Origin: Epithemia pelagica
Lineage: Eukaryota; Protista; Bacillariophyta
Assembly: GCA_946965045.2 (NCBI GenBank)
Contig: OX337240.1
Location: 1,240,001-1,304,000 of the forward strand
Reading direction: 5' to 3'
Length of the DNA: 64,000 nt
In this document: positions 55,489-64,000 of the stretch, piece by piece
Layout of the letters: the number at the start of each line of letters is the position of its first letter
Numbering within the stretch: position 1 is the stretch's first letter
Notes under the pieces: model-generated
What the model saw: only the letters and a program-made list of their open reading frames with translations
What the model was told of the DNA's origin: nothing
Database searches by the model: none
Translations under genes and position numbers: made by a program

Positions 55489-58400
55489 ATGCCGGACGAC
55501 AAGGACGATGGTACAACGTCTAATGACGACGATCCATCACCTCGACGTTCCAAGCAAACGAGCAACAAGAAAACGAGGAAGTCACCCAAAAACAAGAAGT
55601 CTCCCTGTACCAAGAAGAAAAATCCTCAATCTTCAAAGAAAGAACCATCGGCCTCTGCGAAGAAGAAGAAGAAGAAATCTCCCTTACAACGCAAACCATC
55701 GGCCTTGGAAAAGGAACAGGCAAAAGTTGATGAAGATTTCAAACATTTGGAAGACGCAGTCGATGATGGGGTACAACAGGAAAAAGACTTGGTTCCCTTG
55801 TTCGACGCAATCAATCCGAACTTCTTTGACAGCAACTGCTCCCAGTGGTGGAAATTCTCATTACATGTGGACTGGATGAAGCTCGAACACTTTTATCTCG
55901 AGAATGAGGACAACCTTTCCAACATGGGTGGATTACAGAAGATAATCAAACAACTCAAAATATTTGTTGCCGTTGGAAAAAACCCAGTGCCACTCGACTC
56001 ATCCCCTTCAAAATTGGCCAAACTTTCGAAGGAGCGTTTTGGAAAGCTATGCCGTAAATGCGTCATATGTCCCCTTTGTTTTTTCGACAAGAAAAAGACT
56101 CTTTCCGAGTCTGTTATTCTCTGCGGCTCACTTCGTCCCTCCAACATTGCTTCTCATTGCGAGAAGAAACACAAGGATTTCAAATTAGAAAACGATGCTG
56201 ATGACAAATCACCCCCCAGTAAACAATCGACAATGTCAACCTACCGAAAAGGTCATTCGACGAAGTCTGAGACATATGCACAGATGCAAACTCTCATCTA
56301 TCAGTTTGTCAACGATTGCTGTCTTCCGGCAATCACTGTGGAGAAACCGCAATTCCGGAAAATGATTCAATTCGCTATGGAGAATTCTGGTATTTTGAAA
56401 GGGAGCCGTTCAGAAATAATGAGTCGACGACAGATTACAAAAATTCGACTCTCGTCGTATCAGAACTTTTTCCTTATTGTCTCTGATCTTGTCAGGAAAG
56501 TGAGAGATGAGTACACGCGTCTGTGTTCCCAATCCATTCCCTTTATTACTTGTTGCCATGATATATGGCAAGCTCGTGATCACGACGTGCTCGGTGTAAC
56601 TATCATGTTTACTGATCCTCGTAACTGTGAAGTCTACAAGATCCCAATTGGTCTGGCGGAATGTCACGGCCATGCGGCAACAGACGTTGCCAACCTTACA
56701 GACAACCTACTCCTGAGTGTTGGTCTTACATCGGGTGATCTATGCGCTGCCGTAAACGATAACACGTCGGCCGCAGTCTTAGCGGGAAAATACATTATTG
56801 GGAATCCGGACAAGTCTGGTAAGTGCGACATGCACAAAGCAGAGCTTATCCTAAAGCATGCTACCGGACTTGTTAAACGATACAACAACAATATCTTAAT
56901 GGATAGCAATCCATCTTTCTGCAAATGTTGGGAAGTTTTCAGAACCTTCGCGGCCTGGTTTACCTCGAAGAAAGCCCCTACGCGCTGGAAACGATTCAAA
57001 GACGCGGCAATGAAAATCAAGGCTCATGTTGTCTCTATCCCGCTTCCGAACGACACGCGAGTTGGAGGATGCGTCCTGACCCAACAAGCCCTTCTCCGGA
57101 ACAAAAAGATGATGGATTTGTACGCTAAAACTGCGCAAAAAAGCGACCCCAAGTTCGCAAAGCGCTATCCATCAGAGGACAAATGGAAACTACTCGCGCA
57201 GTACGAGGGGATACTCACCAATATAAAAAGGGTTTCAATGCAACTGCAAACAGACGATCCTGGATCCAACTCGGCGTCCTTGTTAGAAATCTACACAGCA
57301 TTCTACCACGCCCAGCGAATGAGAATGGAAGGAGAAGAATGTGGTGTTGGATGTTTACGTACGGACACGGAAGATTTCTGGGACGCTAGTCTCACGATGG
57401 ACGATCTTGATGGTATGAGAGACCTTATTGCTTATAAGGATCTCGAACCGGGGGCACGCTTGCTCATACGGCGCATCATACAGGAATATCGACATTACCT
57501 CTTCAATAGGGACCCCGATGCCCTAAAAGCAGTCTGTGCGAATCCATTACTCGCAAATGTCTATGCGGATATGTTTGTTAACTTCGGCGTCTACGATCAA
57601 GACTCCGTAAGGGAAGGCCGCCGGATCTTTGTACAAGACATGGTTGACCTACATTCCAACAGGAGTGTGTCTCCTATCGGTGCTTCATTGGCCAACCAAG
57701 GAGCAAAAGGTTCAAAACCCAACAAACGGACTGGGACAGGCCAACCGAAAGACGACAACGACTATGTGGACACCGAAAGCAACAATGCAACCTTGAAATA
57801 CAAGGCAATCGATGTATTTGAAAGAATGCGGCGTTCAAGTGACTTAAAAAATCAGGCGATGCTGCATCTAACAGGCAAAGCCTCTAATGCAGCCGAGGAG
57901 AAAGAAGTGCTACAGGCATTGAAGAAGGCATGCAACGACTCGTATGATGACTTTATTCGCCACTGCAAATATCAAATTGACAACCACTGGGAGGAAGTCA
58001 TCAAGGCATACCCCAGCAAGAAGTTCTCGGACGAATACGATGACTGGTCCGACGTTGCTAAGCGAGCTTTCTCCCGCCATTGCCACAATCGGAACTATTT
58101 GCAAGTCGGTCAACATTTTGATCTTATGGGATGGTGGCGGGTTCATTCAAGCAATTGGCAATATGTTTTCCCGTCTGCCGTCATTTGGCTTGCGAAACCG
58201 GCAACTAACGCATTTCAGGAACGGATTTTTTCCATGGGGAGCTGGATGCTCCAGAACAAGCTGATGGGTAGTATGTCAAAAAAAACCAGCGAGATGCGGA
58301 CGATGGAGTACATCAACCGCCAAGTCTTGCGTACCATAGAGGAAAATGAAGAGGATATTGCGAAAGGCAATGGAACCAGCAAAACATACGATAAACGGAT

Positions 58401-59649
58401 CATTCGAAAGGACGATACTGCCATTACAGCTGCTGTACGATTGAGTTTGAGTGAACAACGCAAGAAATTCCAGAAATCCGCAGTCCTCGATGCTGCAAAT
58501 GGATTCCAACAGTACAAGCTATCCTGGAAAGTGGATACAAGCGTTCTGGATGATCCTGACATCGGTAGTACGTTTTTTCCCGTGCAATCAGCCAAAGTGA
58601 CTAAAAAAGCAACCGCATTGAATGACAATGATGATGACAACAGTCCGTCCGATAACGACATACCGGTACCACCACCGGAGGAAGTGCCAAAGGTTGCTGG
58701 TGTGGTGCCTCCTATACCGGACGATCAAGCGGAGATTGGACAGGACAAGACTGGTAAACGCTATGGATGGACAACTTATGGCGAGAAGACCAGTCCATTG
58801 AAGTATAATCGCTTTGTCTTCACCAACATCAAAGACGATTATGAAGATTCTTCGGACGACGATTCAATACCACCACCACCAAAAGAACCGGACGAAGAAA
58901 GTGATGCGGTTATTGACCGCGTGTTAGATAGTGAACTCTGGGACGAAGCCGTCCCAGATGAAGAACTATGTTTCGAAAAGATAGTCTGTATTCCCGATGA
59001 TGATCCGACTAACAAAGCACCCAAAGGTACTGTCAACGATGACGACGAAGTCAAAGTAGTAAAGGTCGTACCAGCAGGTGAAAGTGCAAAGAGAAAAGGC
59101 ATCCCGTCTCCGAAAGCCTCCATCTCATCGAGCAAAGCTGTTGCGCATGCAGCTGACACGGGGTCGAAAAAAAGGAAAGGCAATTCCAATAACAATCCAT
59201 CGACACCGACCAGAAAGAAGGCGAAAAAACTGTCTCAAACAACTCTAGTTGGAATCAGGCAGTCGCCGCGGATTCTTGAGAAAGAGACGAAACGCAAAAA
59301 AGAGAAGTATAATGCCAAAAAACAGGAACAACCAATGGAATGTGACGAGAACGACGCGGCCAAGTCGGATGAAGAGTTCGATAACAACGAATTGGATGCC
59401 AACGATGATGACTACGAACCAAACGAGGTGGAGAATGATGCATCGGAGGGCACCGATGAAGAGGAGGAACATGACAATGATGATGAGGAAGACGACGGTG
59501 TCGAGGGAGTGGACAAGGCTGTCGATGACGAATTGGAAGGCGAGGAAGACCAAGGTGATGAAGAGGGGGATGACGAAGGAGATGAGGGAGATGAAGAAGC
59601 CGGAGAGGATGAAGAGGAGAATGATGAAGAGGATGATGAAGACGAGTAA
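55489..59649 (+). CDS. hAT transposase with BED-like zinc finger, DDE core, hAT dimerisation domain and long acidic C-terminal extension
   Basis: CVICPLC...SHCEKKH; HDIW (D1); VNDNT (D2); CDMH (CxxH); DTRVG; LMGWWR...AKPATNAFQERIFS (E). Confidence 0.93.
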   Translation: MPDDKDDGTTSNDDDPSPRRSKQTSNKKTRKSPKNKKSPCTKKKNPQSSKKEPSASAKKKKKKSPLQRKPSALEKEQAKVDEDFKHLEDAVDDGVQQEKDLVPLFDAINPNFFDSNCSQWWKFSLHVDWMKLEHFYLENEDNLSNMGGLQKIIKQLKIFVAVGKNPVPLDSSPSKLAKLSKERFGKLCRKCVICPLCFFDKKKTLSESVILCGSLRPSNIASHCEKKHKDFKLENDADDKSPPSKQSTMSTYRKGHSTKSETYAQMQTLIYQFVNDCCLPAITVEKPQFRKMIQFAMENSGILKGSRSEIMSRRQITKIRLSSYQNFFLIVSDLVRKVRDEYTRLCSQSIPFITCCHDIWQARDHDVLGVTIMFTDPRNCEVYKIPIGLAECHGHAATDVANLTDNLLLSVGLTSGDLCAAVNDNTSAAVLAGKYIIGNPDKSGKCDMHKAELILKHATGLVKRYNNNILMDSNPSFCKCWEVFRTFAAWFTSKKAPTRWKRFKDAAMKIKAHVVSIPLPNDTRVGGCVLTQQALLRNKKMMDLYAKTAQKSDPKFAKRYPSEDKWKLLAQYEGILTNIKRVSMQLQTDDPGSNSASLLEIYTAFYHAQRMRMEGEECGVGCLRTDTEDFWDASLTMDDLDGMRDLIAYKDLEPGARLLIRRIIQEYRHYLFNRDPDALKAVCANPLLANVYADMFVNFGVYDQDSVREGRRIFVQDMVDLHSNRSVSPIGASLANQGAKGSKPNKRTGTGQPKDDNDYVDTESNNATLKYKAIDVFERMRRSSDLKNQAMLHLTGKASNAAEEKEVLQALKKACNDSYDDFIRHCKYQIDNHWEEVIKAYPSKKFSDEYDDWSDVAKRAFSRHCHNRNYLQVGQHFDLMGWWRVHSSNWQYVFPSAVIWLAKPATNAFQERIFSMGSWMLQNKLMGSMSKKTSEMRTMEYINRQVLRTIEENEEDIAKGNGTSKTYDKRIIRKDDTAITAAVRLSLSEQRKKFQKSAVLDAANGFQQYKLSWKVDTSVLDDPDIGSTFFPVQSAKVTKKATALNDNDDDNSPSDNDIPVPPPEEVPKVAGVVPPIPDDQAEIGQDKTGKRYGWTTYGEKTSPLKYNRFVFTNIKDDYEDSSDDDSIPPPPKEPDEESDAVIDRVLDSELWDEAVPDEELCFEKIVCIPDDDPTNKAPKGTVNDDDEVKVVKVVPAGESAKRKGIPSPKASISSSKAVAHAADTGSKKRKGNSNNNPSTPTRKKAKKLSQTTLVGIRQSPRILEKETKRKKEKYNAKKQEQPMECDENDAAKSDEEFDNNELDANDDDYEPNEVENDASEGTDEEEEHDNDDEEDDGVEGVDKAVDDELEGEEDQGDEEGDDEGDEGDEEAGEDEEENDEEDDEDE

Positions 59650-59734
59650 ACAGAAAGTACATTGCACGACGTATTACATACAACAACAACAATACAACAA
59701 CAACGAAGAGATCGACAATGAGTTAACATATTAT

Positions 59735-61702
59735 TTAGGAAGTTACATGGTATTTATGAATCATCGATCTCATTTTCTGTCTTAGGGCATTGTCAAATAG
59801 GTTTGTATTCCCAATTTGGGACAATATTTCGGACCTCGACTCATAAGTACTAGAGTGTTGACCAAACGCACCAAACATTGGATTTATCACATTCCATGAC
59901 TCCTTTGGAATCCATGATTCCAGAATTTTGGAACAGGGGATACCTGTTGCACGCAAAGGTATCCAAGACAAATGCTCGCTCCATCGGATGACATGGATAT
60001 CGGCCGGTATTCCATCGACCCGATCAAATGCCGCTTCGATTATGATGCAAGCGGTCTTATAACCGATGCCATGTAGAGTGGTTAATTCGTAGATTGTTAT
60101 GTTGTGGGGTATTTTGCCGTCATGCCGTTGACAGAAATAGTCAGCGGCATTGACAATTCGTTCTGTATTCGGATAATACCGACCACATTCGGACAGCAAA
60201 CAACAGAGTGCGTTCATTCCGAACTGCAAAGCGATCTCGATTACAGCCTGCGCAGAGGTAAGACCACATGCAAAAAGTCTCGGCATTATCGAGCTCAACT
60301 GCTTATCGGAGGTGCTACTACTCATGCATATTGTCATCAATATCATGAATGGCCTATCAGCAGTGGGATCATGGCAACAGTCAAGCCAGGTAGTCCATTT
60401 GTCGCGTGGAACAAACTTGCCGAGAGATTTGAGCTCTTCGTGGAAAGCTTTCATTTGCGCCAGGTCTTCAAGTCTTTGTTGAATTGTGACGTAGTCGACC
60501 TCTGGTATTCTTACGGTGCAGTGAACCGGAGTCGTTGTCTTTGCTGGTTTCCCAGGTTGATGACGGTGGTCGGGATAGTTAATTTCGTGTTTCGAACGAG
60601 AGGCCGCTTGTAGAATTTTTGCGATTGTTGCGTTCCGAAATCTGGTGGAATAGGAATGGGTACATGTTGGAGATTTCTGTGGTGATTGTTTTTGTTGCTT
60701 CTTTTTCTTAGAAGAAGCGTCATCCTTCTGTCCGTAGAAATTATCGTTGCGTTCGATACCGTCATCTTGGTCGTCTTTCATAACGGCGTCGTGTTTCGTA
60801 CCATGTTCGTGTTCCGTACAGCTGTCGTCTTTCGTACCGTGGTCGTCGTCGTCGTCGTTTGGGGGAATGGAAGGATTGCTGGTGGAAATACTCAATCTTT
60901 CTGGGTGCGCGGTGGTCTCCCTGTGTTCCTTGAATTTGTATTCCAGTAATGAAAGGTATGGACGTAGAGATAGAGGATACGCAACTTCGTTGGCGGATTC
61001 TTCCATAGTGCAATCATTGACATAATAGTCAAGTTCCATTTGTTGTGGGACTTGATGACAAACAACATGCACGCCGGTACGGATGAACCAGGATGTGATG
61101 ATCGCATTAATTGGGGTCGACCGGAGTTGGTTGCTGGTTTGCAATGTAAAGTCAATGCAGTTGTGCACTTTGGGTGTCTGAACAAGAGAAATTACAGGGT
61201 CACAGCGAACCGACAAAACCAATCGGCTTGAATATTCGGTTTCACTTGGAATGAAGAAGTGTTGGAAAGAATCGATTGATCGGTTCTTGGGAAAGCCATC
61301 CTGAAGAGACCGGACGATAATGCCACTAATCAGTTGGATTTGTTCTCTGAAAAGTAATTCGGGAACTTGGCAAGTATGGGACTGAGATGTATATGTATTT
61401 CGTTCTTTGTATACAATGAATCCATTGTGACGGATAAGCCATGAAATGGCTTGGCGGTGAACGGCATAACGAAGTGCGTTCGGAGACAGTGAAGAGTTCT
61501 GTGTCGTCTTCATAAAATCATCCATAAAAGAGAAAAAGGATGGGCTGGAGTGAAGAATGTACATTGGGTAACATTTGGAACGGAACTGGATGGATTGTCC
61601 ATCAATGTATTCTTCCATGATATGGACAATAACAACAGAGGTGCAAGGATCGAAAATAGAATTGAGGTGCGGATGGAGTTTGGGTGTTGGGTAATGGGCC
61701 AT
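59735..61702 (-). CDS. HhH-GPD DNA glycosylase/AP lyase (endonuclease III/Nth-like, no FeS cluster) fused to an uncharacterised N-terminal region; transposon cargo
   Basis: FMILMTICMSSSTSDKQL; HhH LTTLHGIGYKTACII; GIPADIHVIRW; WNVINPMFGAFGQ; no C-x6-C-x2-C-x5-C; lies wholly between the TIRs. Confidence 0.9.
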   Translation of the reverse strand: MAHYPTPKLHPHLNSIFDPCTSVVIVHIMEEYIDGQSIQFRSKCYPMYILHSSPSFFSFMDDFMKTTQNSSLSPNALRYAVHRQAISWLIRHNGFIVYKERNTYTSQSHTCQVPELLFREQIQLISGIIVRSLQDGFPKNRSIDSFQHFFIPSETEYSSRLVLSVRCDPVISLVQTPKVHNCIDFTLQTSNQLRSTPINAIITSWFIRTGVHVVCHQVPQQMELDYYVNDCTMEESANEVAYPLSLRPYLSLLEYKFKEHRETTAHPERLSISTSNPSIPPNDDDDDHGTKDDSCTEHEHGTKHDAVMKDDQDDGIERNDNFYGQKDDASSKKKKQQKQSPQKSPTCTHSYSTRFRNATIAKILQAASRSKHEINYPDHRHQPGKPAKTTTPVHCTVRIPEVDYVTIQQRLEDLAQMKAFHEELKSLGKFVPRDKWTTWLDCCHDPTADRPFMILMTICMSSSTSDKQLSSIMPRLFACGLTSAQAVIEIALQFGMNALCCLLSECGRYYPNTERIVNAADYFCQRHDGKIPHNITIYELTTLHGIGYKTACIIIEAAFDRVDGIPADIHVIRWSEHLSWIPLRATGIPCSKILESWIPKESWNVINPMFGAFGQHSSTYESRSEILSQIGNTNLFDNALRQKMRSMIHKYHVTS

Positions 61703-61818
61703 GTCGTTGGAGCAGGAAGTAGTAAGCGTCAACGTGTGCTGTGCGCTGTGATTGGTCAGACAGAGAAGGATGTACTACAACGTACTAAAGTATGGTTTAA
61801 CGTGTGCTATGCGATGAA

Positions 61819-62180
61819 AAAGTAAGTAAGGGCATGGAAAATATGTAGATACTTTAGTAGAGAAGTAAAGTATATCGTATTGGATGAGGAAGGTAAAAGT
61901 AGTAAAGTAAAGTACCGACATGTTTACTAGATGTTTGATGTGGGAAAGTAGGTTGGATATGTTCGGGGAGGGGTGTACTTAGTCATAAAGTAATTCAGCT
62001 ATTCATTTCTATGGAATGGTATAGTAGTTAAGTAAAGTAGTACGATGAGATTTGTCTGTAGAAAAGTAGCAAAGTAGAATGTTAACAAATAATCAGTGTA
62101 CTTAATAGTAACTAAGTAAAGTAGGTGGATAAAATATGTACACTTAGAAGTAGCTAAGTATTCTAAATAACGTTTATTAG
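61819..62180. repeat. Right subterminal AAGTA motif array of the hAT element
   Basis: aagtaagtaag, aaagtagtaaagtaaagtacc, taagtaaagtagtacg etc. Confidence 0.85.
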
Positions 62181-62904
62181 TTACTACACAGCTCTGACAA
62201 TAGGACGACGGAAAATGACTCGAGAAGAAACCAACATAACAAGGAGAGCCAAACATAAAAGATCGTATGCCACGGTAGCCAAGCCTGTCTGATTGTCTCG
62301 AATGCTCAAGTGTGACGGAAGTTGGCTCAGCACGGGGTTGCACTTGTCGGCCATTCAATGGTTGTCGAGCAATGGGTTTCCTGCCCGGTCTCTGACTGGA
62401 AACAATGCGAGATGCAACAACCAACTGGATGGATCATTCATGAGGGAGGGAGTGAGGGGGTGTAAGGAGGTCAGGGATTAAGGACCAGCATTCTCACTAC
62501 CAAGACTACAGCGCTGTTTCGTGAACCCGCTCGGATCGACCCAAACCAAATGACAAAGTGTCCGGTGTGTTAGATTGAGGGGGGTAAGTTTCATTTGTGA
62601 CTCCCACAGCAAACGCACCGGTCATTTTCATTGGACATTGGGGCTGCATGGCACAGGACGGGATCAAAAACTCTTCGAATTTGACTCCCACACTATGCTT
62701 GCTACGGTGCCCATGCTTCGGAAAATGTATGCTTGCTCTCCAGCCGCACCAGAAACAGCATCTCTTCATATTGTGATATAGTATACACATCTCGACCTGA
62801 CTCCCACAACTCTCCAGACAGCTCCATTTCGTGGGACAATTTTTAAAGTGGCACAAACTGAAAGGAGTCACCATAGTGGGATCAAGTGAAAGATACTTTA
62901 CACC

Positions 62905-63393
62905 ATGATCATGAAGTTCTTTGCTTTTTTTGTCGTTGCCATGGCCACCTTTTCTGTCGCTGTGGCCAACATTGGAACTCAGGAGGAGGGCAAGAAGGAT
63001 GATGGCCTATCGGGGATCCGTGTGCAATGTCAAAACGTGGAATGGAGTATCTTGACGCCAACCGAGCAACGCTATGCAGCTACCCAGTTGGAGGATTCGT
63101 TCCACAAGATCCACAGTCAGGCACATGGCATTCCAAAGGAGCTTTCTCATGTGACGTATGCGTCGGATCCTTCGCAAATGGGACCCTTGGTGAACTTGTT
63201 GGTTGGTTTCTGGTGGGAAGGAAATTACGGCTACTTTACAGGTCATGTCGCGTTCAAGCAAGAAACTATGACTTCCACCGAGGATGATGCGACGGACCTT
63301 GCTCTCTGGGAACGTGAATTGGAAATACTTTTGAGCAAGGGACCCTATTCCTCATTGGCTCGTGCCGACAATTGCCACATCGTAATGAATTGA
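62905..63393 (+). CDS. Hypothetical secreted protein (162 aa)
   Basis: N-terminal signal-peptide-like MIMKFFAFFVVAMATFSVAVA; clean ORF. Confidence 0.75.
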   Translation: MIMKFFAFFVVAMATFSVAVANIGTQEEGKKDDGLSGIRVQCQNVEWSILTPTEQRYAATQLEDSFHKIHSQAHGIPKELSHVTYASDPSQMGPLVNLLVGFWWEGNYGYFTGHVAFKQETMTSTEDDATDLALWERELEILLSKGPYSSLARADNCHIVMN

Positions 63394-63727
63394 ATGAATG
63401 CAAGAAGGAAGCAATGTTAAAAGCACACGAATAAGATACGAGTTAAGAGTAGATGCTCGGCAAGTTGCCTAGAGCCACAAACTTCGAAATGTGACTTTCC
63501 TTGCTCTTCTCAAATGGGAGTATTCCTACGAGAAGAGGAGATAGGAGTACCTAGGAGTATGATTCGTCAATACAGGCCGATAGCTATGTGCTCTGAGATA
63601 AAGTGACCGGTTAAGCGACTGCTTTTCCAATTTTCGCTCTTTCGCCGATGGTGGCAATGGTGCGAGAGATAACAACAGCACGCACACGTTGTCTCTTTTC
63701 ACCAGTATAAGAGCATTGACATACATT

Positions 63728-64000
63728 ATGGAGGTCGAACCTTATCAAATGTGTTGCCGTAAAGAATGCCTCGAACGAGAGCAGTCCAACGAAATTTCGA
63801 TATGGGAGCGACAGCAACAAGAGGATGCCGACAACGAGCAAAGTCGATTTCATCGCTCCACGAAGCATACGTCGGGGTTGAAAAGAATTCAAGGTCGTAC
63901 GAGGCAAGTCATCAAGGCCGATCCCAAACGAGCCGTTCAAAAGTATCGGCGATCTGCTGCAGAGACACCCATGGATCGAGAACATACTGGCCCTTATCGT
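63728..64000 (+). CDS. 5' end of a SAC3/GANP-domain protein (runs off the window; absent from the ORF track)
   Basis: Own translation: MEVEPYQMCCRKECLEREQSNEISIWE...DPKRAVQKYRRSAAETP...GPYR, matching the MCP..E...RE and AVKxYxRSAA motifs of the SAC3 family. Confidence 0.75.
   Translation, partial: MEVEPYQMCCRKECLEREQSNEISIWERQQQEDADNEQSRFHRSTKHTSGLKRIQGRTRQVIKADPKRAVQKYRRSAAETPMDREHTGPYR

Larger units (their letters stand above)
54905..62196 (+). mobile_element. hAT-superfamily DNA transposon (7292 bp) carrying a transposase and a DNA glycosylase gene
   Basis: TIRs CAGAGCTGTG(A/T)AGTAAC at 54905-54921 and 62180-62196; flanks ACAATGGC / ACAATAGG (6/8 match, 8-bp TSD); AAGTA subterminal arrays at both ends. 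Confidence 0.92.

Noticed and set aside
59245-59785. Several overlapping ORFs (59245-59667, 59249-59785, 59255-59692, 59412-59729)
   Set aside because: Shadow frames of the low-complexity GAT/GAA acidic tail of the transposase
59735-60420. Calling the cargo glycosylase a DEMETER/ROS1 orthologue
   Set aside because: Motifs (GYKTA, DIH, INPMFGAFGQ) are closer to Nth/NTHL1, and there is no FeS cluster, permuted CXXC or RRM-fold domain; 5mC activity remains a hypothesis
63611-63985. 124-aa minus-strand ORF
   Set aside because: Antisense to the SAC3/GANP-like ORF on the + strand, which shows family motifs
1-64000. tRNA/rRNA genes
   Set aside because: No cloverleaf or rRNA-like sequence recognised by eye; the only tRNA-related match is the PBS

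Overview
Gene-dense eukaryotic nuclear DNA, most likely from a diatom. This is inferred from CoDi-type Ty1/copia elements, short 60-110 nt GT-AG introns and bacterial-type STAND/M23/MDR genes. Contents: (1) the 3' part of one copia retrotransposon (1-~4.7 kb); (2) a complete, very young second copia element (14376-20592) with LTRs that look identical by eye, a 6-bp TSD, gag and pol in one frame separated by a single UGA followed by a hairpin, and a non-canonical PBS matching the D-arm of initiator tRNA-Met; (3) three locally duplicated gene pairs, each with one damaged copy (SWACOS-type STAND ATPase, TrmA/TRM2 methyltransferase, ATRX-like ADD-SNF2-CW remodeler); (4) a 1.4-kb element with 88-bp inverted repeats; (5) a run of ordinary single-copy genes (41-54 kb); (6) a 7.3-kb hAT DNA transposon (54905-62196). 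The hAT element has 17-bp TIRs, a degenerate 8-bp TSD and AAGTA subterminal arrays. Besides an intact transposase it carries an intact Nth-like HhH-GPD DNA glycosylase gene as cargo, which is the most novel-looking system in the window. All calls come from motif reading by eye; no searches were run.
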